Assembly (NCBI GenBank): GCA_011049175.1
Contig: DSCJ01000118.1
Coordinates: 16,392 to 80,391, forward strand
DNA: 64,000 nt
Source of the DNA: Bacteroidota bacterium
GTDB lineage: Bacteria > Bacteroidota > Bacteroidia > Bacteroidales > VadinHA17
Direction of reading: 5' to 3'
The position numbers were made by a program, and so were the translations under genes. The notes beneath the pieces are model-generated. The model was not told the DNA's origin and did no database searches. It saw only the letters and a list, made by a program, of their open reading frames with translations. Shown here one piece after another: positions 57,606 to 64,000 of the stretch (position 1 is its first letter; every line of letters starts with the position of its first letter).

Positions 57606-59335
57606 TTATTTCTCCCTTCTCCAGCATCAATTTTATTCTTTATTTCTTCTTTCGTATTTCCATTTTCAACAGACCTTTTCCATACGTTTATCGCTTCATC
57701 AGTTTCCCCCATCTCATACAATATATCTCCGTAATGCTCAAGTATTTCCGGATCATTTTGGCCACCAGCCTCAAAACTTTTTCTTATGTATTTAACAGCT
57801 TCTTCCGTCTTTCCCATTTTATACAAAATCCATGCGTAGGTATCCAGATAGGTATAATTTTCAGGCTCTATTTCCAGGCATTTCCAACTCATTTCCAACG
57901 CTTTTTCCAGCTCATTCCCCCTTTCCGACAGGTAATATGCATAGTTGTTGAGTACCATAATATCTTCCGGATTTATCTTCAAAGCTTCTTCAAACGCTCT
58001 ATCCGATTTTTCATCCTCTCCTAATGCATGATATCCTTCTCCTATCAAAGCATACAGCTCTTTTCGAATATTATCGTTATTATTTGAATACTTCGTTCCA
58101 GTTTCTGCATATTCTACCATTCTATCATATTCTTCTATCTGAAATAAACCGATGCTAATGTATAAATACAGGTTTGGTACTTCAGGGAATATTTTTATAG
58201 CTTCTTCTGCTACCCTCACCATTTCAATAAAGTTCCCCGTTTCATTTTCCATAAATATCCATTGCTCCCATACTCCAAAGCTTTCCGGGTTGATTTCTGT
58301 CATTTCTTCCAGGTACAGCCTTGCCTTCTCCGCATTTTTTGTCTTTATATAATAATCAGCTGCCAAAGCCATAGCATTAATTTCCTCAGGATATTCCCCT
58401 GCTAATTTTTCTATAATGTCTTCCAGTTCCTGGTTGTATTCTTCCAATACATCCTGCTGATTCACATAAACCAGCATAGCCTGTATTTTATCATCCAACT
58501 CAATTTCCGGATTCCTCACAGCCATTTCAAACCATTCCAGACTTTTCTTATATTCCCCTTTTCTTCTGTAATAGGAAGAAACTGACATCTGGGCAAGTCC
58601 ATGTTCCGGATCAATCTTAAACAGATCCTGGTAAGCCATCACAGCTTTTTCGTCTTCTCCCATTTCATCGTACAATTCTGCCAGCAAACCGCGGTATTTA
58701 ACTTCCTCCGGAAACACACTGATCAATTTTTTTAGTTCATTCACCGCCAGATGGTGCTTCCCCTCTTTTTCGTAGATATTATATTTTGCCATATTCACCA
58801 TCTCGTTGATTCCCATGGATTTTTCCATCTCCTCAAATATAGTCAGTGCATCCCTGTATTCTCCATTGCTCACATATAGTGTGGCCAAATTATACTTTAT
58901 ATCCATCTCCTTTGGATTTCTATCTGTCATTTCCCGGTACACATCAACGGCCTTTTCTATTTTCCCTTCCTGATGATATAATCCTGCCAGATGCATTCCA
59001 TACCATTTGTTATCTCTTTCGTTTTCGAAGGCTTTTTCTGCATATTGAACAGCCAGTTCTTTTTCTCCCAGGTAATTGTATATATTTGATAATTCATACA
59101 ATGAAGCCGTATTTTCAGGATCAATTTTCAAACATTCTTGGTATAGTATGATGGCACGGTCCAGATCACCGAAAATTTTTCGGTGAGTGGCCTCAGCAAA
59201 AGAAAATTTTAACTGCATTCTCTCCTTTTCTCCTATTTGTTTCCCTTTTTCCTTCCCTTCCTCACTTGTGACATTCTTTTGCACACCGCATGATACCATT
59301 CCTGCCATCAGCAAAATGATCCCTTTGTTTCTCAT
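57602..59335 (-). CDS. tetratricopeptide-repeat lipoprotein
   Basis: Start moved to ATG 59335 (MRNKGIILLMAGMVSC, a lipobox). TPR units run throughout. Confidence 0.8.
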   Translation of the reverse strand: MRNKGIILLMAGMVSCGVQKNVTSEEGKEKGKQIGEKERMQLKFSFAEATHRKIFGDLDRAIILYQECLKIDPENTASLYELSNIYNYLGEKELAVQYAEKAFENERDNKWYGMHLAGLYHQEGKIEKAVDVYREMTDRNPKEMDIKYNLATLYVSNGEYRDALTIFEEMEKSMGINEMVNMAKYNIYEKEGKHHLAVNELKKLISVFPEEVKYRGLLAELYDEMGEDEKAVMAYQDLFKIDPEHGLAQMSVSSYYRRKGEYKKSLEWFEMAVRNPEIELDDKIQAMLVYVNQQDVLEEYNQELEDIIEKLAGEYPEEINAMALAADYYIKTKNAEKARLYLEEMTEINPESFGVWEQWIFMENETGNFIEMVRVAEEAIKIFPEVPNLYLYISIGLFQIEEYDRMVEYAETGTKYSNNNDNIRKELYALIGEGYHALGEDEKSDRAFEEALKINPEDIMVLNNYAYYLSERGNELEKALEMSWKCLEIEPENYTYLDTYAWILYKMGKTEEAVKYIRKSFEAGGQNDPEILEHYGDILYEMGETDEAINVWKRSVENGNTKEEIKNKIDAGEGRNK

Positions 59336-59365
59336 GGTAGACCCTCCAGTCTTCATATCTTTCTT

Positions 59366-59812
59366 CTACTTTTTACCTGTACTTCCGAATCCTCCATCTC
59401 CCCGGTAAGTATTATTCAGCGATTCTGTTTCTTCCCATATTACTTTCCCGTGCCTTGAAACAATCATCTGGCAAATTCTTTCTCCATCGTGAACAACGAA
59501 GGTTTCGTTCGATAAATTGATCAAAATAACTTTTATTTCCCCTCTATAATCCGCATCTATTGTCCCCGGTGAATTCACGATACTGATCCCGTGTTTCACG
59601 GCAAGTCCACTTCTTGGCCTTATTTGTGCCTCATAGCCTACAGGTAGTTCTATAAACAGCCCGGTGGAAATCAATGCCCGCTCCATGGGTTTCAATTCCA
59701 CCGGTTCCTCTAAACTGGCCCTTAAGTCCATCCCGGCGGAATGTTCTGTACTGTACCATGGTAATTCATGTCCTGATCTGTTTACTATTCTCACTTTAAT
59801 TTCTTTCTTCAT
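59366..59812 (-). CDS. dut: dUTP diphosphatase
   Basis: Motifs [27 protein letters not shown] and [10 protein letters not shown]. Confidence 0.95.
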   Translation of the reverse strand: MKKEIKVRIVNRSGHELPWYSTEHSAGMDLRASLEEPVELKPMERALISTGLFIELPVGYEAQIRPRSGLAVKHGISIVNSPGTIDADYRGEIKVILINLSNETFVVHDGERICQMIVSRHGKVIWEETESLNNTYRGDGGFGSTGKK

Positions 59813-59814
59813 GG

Positions 59815-61293
59815 CTATTTCATAAAAATTCTTTGTATGTTATCCTTTTTAATTGCGTAAATTATAAATACTGCAATAATCAGGGTGCTTAAAATGCTTT
59901 CTATCATCACATTCTTAACCGGAATAAATTTCCATATCAAATACAAACCAACAGCTATCGCAATATATTTCAGTATTTTCACCACCTCGTAGGGAACCGG
60001 ATATTTTTGTTTCCCCATGAAATACGAAATCAATACCATAAGACCATAACTGGCCACATGGGCCCATGCTGAAGCATAATAACCATATACTGGAATAAGT
60101 AACACGTTGATCAGAATTGTTACCACCGCACCGCTCAGTGTTATCCAGGCTCCGTATTTTGTCAGATCGTTTATTTTATACCATACGCTTAAATTCACAA
60201 ATATTCCATAAAGCAGGTAACCAAATGTAATAATGGGAACCACTCCCAGCGCTCCCTGATAAGATACCGGAATAATGTGTTTAATGATATTAATGTATAA
60301 ATTGATTCCAAGAAACAATATCAAACTGGTAATCACAAAATATTTCATTACATCAGCATAGGCTTTCCCTGCATTTTTTTCCTTCGATTTTTCGAAAAAG
60401 AAAGGTTCCAGAGCAAACCGGAACATCTGAATAAACAACGACATCAAAACGGCAATTTTGTAATTGGCACTGTATATACCGAGTTGCTTCATGGCCGTTT
60501 CCTGATCCGTCAACAACCTTTTTAACGCCATTTTATCCATCGCATCATTGAGTGTGCCGGCCAATCCTGCCACCAGCAAGGGAAAGGAATAAGAAATCAT
60601 TCGTTTCCACATAATCCAGTTAAATTTCCATCTTATTTTGCATACTTCCCCAATTAAAATGAACAAGGTTACAAGGCTTCCGGCAAGATTCCCTATAAAA
60701 ACATACACCACATCCACTTCGGGATGATATATTTTTTCAATCCAGTAATTTTCCTTACTACCTGCCTGTTTTGGAGCCCAGTATAGAAGAAATAATACAG
60801 ATACTACAATAACTACCACATTAATTATTTTTATTATGCTGAATTTCAATGCCTTGTTTTGTTGTCTCAGCCTGGCGAAAGGAATTGCGCAAAATGCATC
60901 GATAGCCACGATGGCCGAAAAAAGCAATACATATTCCACATGATCTGGATAAACCAGCAATTGGGCTATTTCCTTTCTCCATATCCACACCACACCGAAA
61001 AACAAAATACCGGTTGTTAGCAGCGATATTACCGATGTGCTGAATACGGTATCTGCATCTTCCTGTTTCCGGGCAAACCGGAAATAAGCGGTTTCCATTC
61101 CATAGGTAAGAATTACCAGCAAAACCACCATGTAGGCATACAATTCGCTGATCACACCGTATTCTGCCTGATCAACAAATATCCTTGTATAGAATGGGAC
61201 CAGAACAAGATAATTGATGAATCTGGGAACAATGGTTCCCATGCCATAAACCACTGTTTGTCCGGCCAGCTTTCTGACAGGATTTATTTCCAT
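59815..61293 (-). CDS. oligosaccharide/polysaccharide flippase (MOP/Wzx-like)
   Basis: About 14 TM segments and 492 aa. Typical position next to dut in Bacteroidota. Confidence 0.75.
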   Translation of the reverse strand: MEINPVRKLAGQTVVYGMGTIVPRFINYLVLVPFYTRIFVDQAEYGVISELYAYMVVLLVILTYGMETAYFRFARKQEDADTVFSTSVISLLTTGILFFGVVWIWRKEIAQLLVYPDHVEYVLLFSAIVAIDAFCAIPFARLRQQNKALKFSIIKIINVVVIVVSVLFLLYWAPKQAGSKENYWIEKIYHPEVDVVYVFIGNLAGSLVTLFILIGEVCKIRWKFNWIMWKRMISYSFPLLVAGLAGTLNDAMDKMALKRLLTDQETAMKQLGIYSANYKIAVLMSLFIQMFRFALEPFFFEKSKEKNAGKAYADVMKYFVITSLILFLGINLYINIIKHIIPVSYQGALGVVPIITFGYLLYGIFVNLSVWYKINDLTKYGAWITLSGAVVTILINVLLIPVYGYYASAWAHVASYGLMVLISYFMGKQKYPVPYEVVKILKYIAIAVGLYLIWKFIPVKNVMIESILSTLIIAVFIIYAIKKDNIQRIFMK

Positions 61294-61315
61294 AGGCCGG
61301 TTTCTTTGGTATGCG

Positions 61316-62176
61316 TCATTCTTTAATGATACTTAACATTGCTTCTTTTAGTCCACTGTATTTAAACGAATATCCTTCATTCATCAGTCTCTCCGGTATC
61401 GCTTTCTGACCCCTGGTCAGTACAACAGCGCCTTCGTCCAACACCACTTTCAAAAGAATTTCTGGTATCTTTAGGCGAATTGCCATTCCCTTCTTCATGC
61501 CCCAAATCAAAGCAAAATCGTTGTAGGTGTGTACTTCCGGAGCTGTAACATTATAAACGCCATTACTGTTCTCATCATAAATAAATTTATCCAAAATTAA
61601 GACAAGGTCGTTAATATGTATAAATGAAAAGCCCTGCTTTCCCTGGCCTGGAATTATCAACAATCCTCTTTCATAAAACGGTTTCATCTTCTTCATTATG
61701 CCCCCGTTGTTCCCCAGCACCACTCCCATTCGCATTATCACGGTCTTTATCCCTGCTTCTTTCGCTTTTTCCGCTTCCTGTTCCCACTGTTTAACCACTT
61801 CGGCAAGAAAATGATCTGCAAAAGCATGGCTCTTCTCCGTATGAATCCCCACGTCATTATATATTCCTGTAGCAGAGGCAACGATAAATTTTCCAGGTGT
61901 TTCTCCACACATTCTCATTGCTTCAATCAGATTATGAGTTGTGACGACCCTGCTACTAAGGATTTCTTTTTTGGCTTTTCGGTTAATGCGCCCTGCTATG
62001 GATCGACCGGCAAAATGCATCACTACATCGCTTCCATTTATCTTTTCTGAAAGTTTCGTCCGGTTTCCATACAGATCTTTTCTCTCCAGTTTTCTGAACC
62101 GGTATTCTCCCCCTTTCCTTTTTATGAATTCACTTCCCACAAATCCAGATGACCCACTAATAGCAATTTCCTTCAT
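61316..62176 (-). CDS. SDR-type NAD-binding epimerase family protein (YfcH/TIGR01777-like)
   Basis: Rossmann motif ISGSSGFVGSEF, 286 aa, and a C-terminal DUF1731-like segment (PERLMNEGYSFKY). Confidence 0.75.
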   Translation of the reverse strand: MKEIAISGSSGFVGSEFIKRKGGEYRFRKLERKDLYGNRTKLSEKINGSDVVMHFAGRSIAGRINRKAKKEILSSRVVTTHNLIEAMRMCGETPGKFIVASATGIYNDVGIHTEKSHAFADHFLAEVVKQWEQEAEKAKEAGIKTVIMRMGVVLGNNGGIMKKMKPFYERGLLIIPGQGKQGFSFIHINDLVLILDKFIYDENSNGVYNVTAPEVHTYNDFALIWGMKKGMAIRLKIPEILLKVVLDEGAVVLTRGQKAIPERLMNEGYSFKYSGLKEAMLSIIKE

Positions 62177-63999
62177 TAATCGATACCCCTTTTATTGAAT
62201 ATGATATACCCAAAATTAAACACTAAATAAAAGTTTTTGTCCTTTTTGTTGTAGTAATTCAGGCTTAATACCACCGGTCCGATACGTGAATGATAAACCA
62301 GGGCCGTTGTATTCATCAGATAATATCTTTTCAGGGGATTTTCATATTCCGGGACATACACTTCATCTTTCTGTATCTTCCTGATTTTTCTGTAAGGAAC
62401 AAACAGGTAGCTTTCATTCGTCAGGTGCCAGGATCTCCCTATTTTTAATAACGGCATAAATCCAACCGCGCCATAGTCATGAGCCCTGTAATTTTCCACA
62501 AAAATGGTAGAACTATGTGGAACGGGCTGAAATGAGCGTGCGTTAATTATGGTAGCATAATAATTTTCTTGCAGTTGCATACCTGACACATATACTTCAC
62601 CATATAATCCAACATTCCATTTTCTGTTGATTCTCAAATACTTTTTCCATTGTGCTTCAAAGCTGAAGTAAGTATAATCCGTTTCAGATTTTTCCTCCAG
62701 CCGGTTTCTTGATCCAGGAATAAACGTTGCAATTCCCCCTGTGTATCTAATTCCTGCCCACACCTTCTCCCCCGAGGTAGGATATTGAATATGGTTCAGG
62801 TTGCTTCTTCCAAAACCTGTATTAATAGTATAATAATCATACCTCGACCTATCGGTTGTATCGGTTTGTGAAAATTTCAGTACCTGATAATACGAATCGT
62901 TCATTCTTCCGGCGGCCATACTCAATTTAAAGGCATTATTGTTCCCGTAAGGCATGGCAAAATCTATCCTGAAGTTCCCCTCATCCTTAATAATATAGGA
63001 TGGTCTTACATCTTCAAAGAACGGATCGGGACTGCTGTTGTAAAAATCCCACCTGTTAAGCGTAGCGGATATCTGTGTATAGAACGGCACGCGTGTTGGA
63101 TAGTCAAACCTGACTTTCAGCTGCGCACTGCTGTAGAGTCTTCCGAAATATGCATTGGCACCGATTTTCATCGAGGTATTGCTCAGGCTGTTGTATTCAA
63201 ATCCGGCAAAACCCTGATTGATACTGCTGGAAGCAATATTTCCGCCAACCTTGACTTTTATTCTGTCTGCCACCCGTACATCAAGATTCAGGATATACCC
63301 GTTTTTTTCCTGATCATAGGTGGCGGCAGGATATACTTTTGACACCAATTCGTCGGCAACCAGCCTGAAATAGTTTTCCCTCAAATTTTCCATATTCAAT
63401 ACTTTCCTATCTTTCCATATATTGTTTGCAACATATTCCGCCTGTTCTTCATTTACTCCTTCTATGTTCAGTTCTATAAAATTCATTTCCGGTATCCGGC
63501 TTCTGAAAGAATCTCTTTTGGCTGTTAATTCCACATCACTTACCCGCCGGTTCACTTTCTTTTTAATGTTTCCAATTTGCAGATAGGCCGCATCATATCC
63601 TTTTTTCATGATTTCATCCGCATATTGAAAATCCAGAATTTTGATTTCCTCCAGACTGGTTTCTATCAGTACCCCCAGTGAATCTTCAATGGCATATTCC
63701 GTTTTTGCGAGCAACATATTTTCCAGTTGCAGCAACAAGTCTTCCTCGGTGGGTTCAGGTGAATTTGAGGCGGTCTTACTTCCGATGATAAAATACGGTT
63801 TAAATTCTTCAACCATAACATCCACAGGAAAATTATTATGCATTCCTCCGTCAAACAAAAGGGTTCCTTCAATACGAATGGGCTTGAAATAAAACGGATA
63901 CGTCATTGATGCCCTCACGGCTTTTGCCAGGTCGCCTTTTTTCAGAACCACCGGTTGGTTTCGGTGTATATCCGAGGCAACGCATCGGTAAGGAACCAT
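62176..63999 (-). CDS. patatin-like phospholipase fused to an Omp85/BamA-like beta-barrel; N-terminus outside the window
   Basis: The window edge cuts the patatin domain, so the GxSxG region is missing. The catalytic DG motif region DGGMHNNFPVD is present. A ~450-aa beta-rich C-terminal domain follows. The ATG at 63999 is probably internal. Confidence 0.8.
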   Translation of the reverse strand: MVPYRCVASDIHRNQPVVLKKGDLAKAVRASMTYPFYFKPIRIEGTLLFDGGMHNNFPVDVMVEEFKPYFIIGSKTASNSPEPTEEDLLLQLENMLLAKTEYAIEDSLGVLIETSLEEIKILDFQYADEIMKKGYDAAYLQIGNIKKKVNRRVSDVELTAKRDSFRSRIPEMNFIELNIEGVNEEQAEYVANNIWKDRKVLNMENLRENYFRLVADELVSKVYPAATYDQEKNGYILNLDVRVADRIKVKVGGNIASSSINQGFAGFEYNSLSNTSMKIGANAYFGRLYSSAQLKVRFDYPTRVPFYTQISATLNRWDFYNSSPDPFFEDVRPSYIIKDEGNFRIDFAMPYGNNNAFKLSMAAGRMNDSYYQVLKFSQTDTTDRSRYDYYTINTGFGRSNLNHIQYPTSGEKVWAGIRYTGGIATFIPGSRNRLEEKSETDYTYFSFEAQWKKYLRINRKWNVGLYGEVYVSGMQLQENYYATIINARSFQPVPHSSTIFVENYRAHDYGAVGFMPLLKIGRSWHLTNESYLFVPYRKIRKIQKDEVYVPEYENPLKRYYLMNTTALVYHSRIGPVVLSLNYYNKKDKNFYLVFNFGYIIFNKRGID

Positions 64000-64000
64000 C

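Noticed and set aside
1-64000. Apparent enrichment of RNA modification/maturation genes (rsgA, selU, U32, dtd, rnpA, queD, mnmG, ybeY)
   Set aside because: They are scattered across different operons and strands and are all common core genes. This is most simply coincidence in a housekeeping region.
1-64000. Search for CRISPR arrays, tRNA/rRNA genes, transposases, integrases, phage genes, toxin-antitoxin pairs and known defence-system gene sets
   Set aside because: None was recognised by eye. The only repetitive DNA is the 105-bp AT block. A computational scan (tRNAscan-SE, Infernal/Rfam, a CRISPR finder, defence-system HMMs) would be needed to exclude small elements.

Overview
This 64-kb segment looks like Bacteroidota chromosome. 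I found TAnnTTTG -7 promoter boxes 15-65 nt upstream of at least nine start codons. It also carries a CarboxypepD_reg-type TonB-dependent receptor paired with a DUF4249-like lipoprotein, the DUF4271-hemD-rnpA-yidD and flippase-dut-TPR-DUF4292-M23 gene orders, and many lipobox signal peptides. There are about 56 tightly packed protein-coding genes, several with ATGA or TAATG start/stop overlaps. I saw no rRNA, tRNA, CRISPR array, transposase, integrase or phage genes. Most genes are housekeeping: xth, rsgA, selU, pepE, a PPi-type phosphofructokinase, dtd, hemD, rnpA, yidD, an S41 protease, polA, queD, a polyprenyl synthase, uvrC, ade, mnmG, ybeY and dut. Several track ORFs were trimmed to internal starts supported by homology-like N-termini, signal peptides, terminators or promoter boxes. 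No classical mobile or defence island is visible, so every candidate below is a hypothesis needing profile searches. All family calls are from reading motifs by eye, with no database search. The candidates, most interesting first: (1) A self-contained, TetR-gated six-gene operon (20.34-26.64 kb) encodes a LolA-like periplasmic carrier, two FtsX permeases, an ABC ATPase and an outer-membrane beta-barrel. It has a perfect 18-bp palindromic operator and a clean terminator. (2) A three-gene operon (32.1-34.4 kb) encodes a histidine-kinase-like ATPase with no recognisable H-box, a 2-TM coiled-coil protein and a small protein resembling polymorphic-toxin immunity proteins. (3) GC content steps down from roughly 50% to roughly 38% inside an intact ade gene near 52 kb and stays low across core genes to the window end. 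(4) A 105-bp block of about 5% GC contains helically phased TTATTAA repeats (39461-39565). (5) A perfect 18-bp palindrome contains both the stop codon of an AsmA-like gene and the start codon of the next kinase gene.
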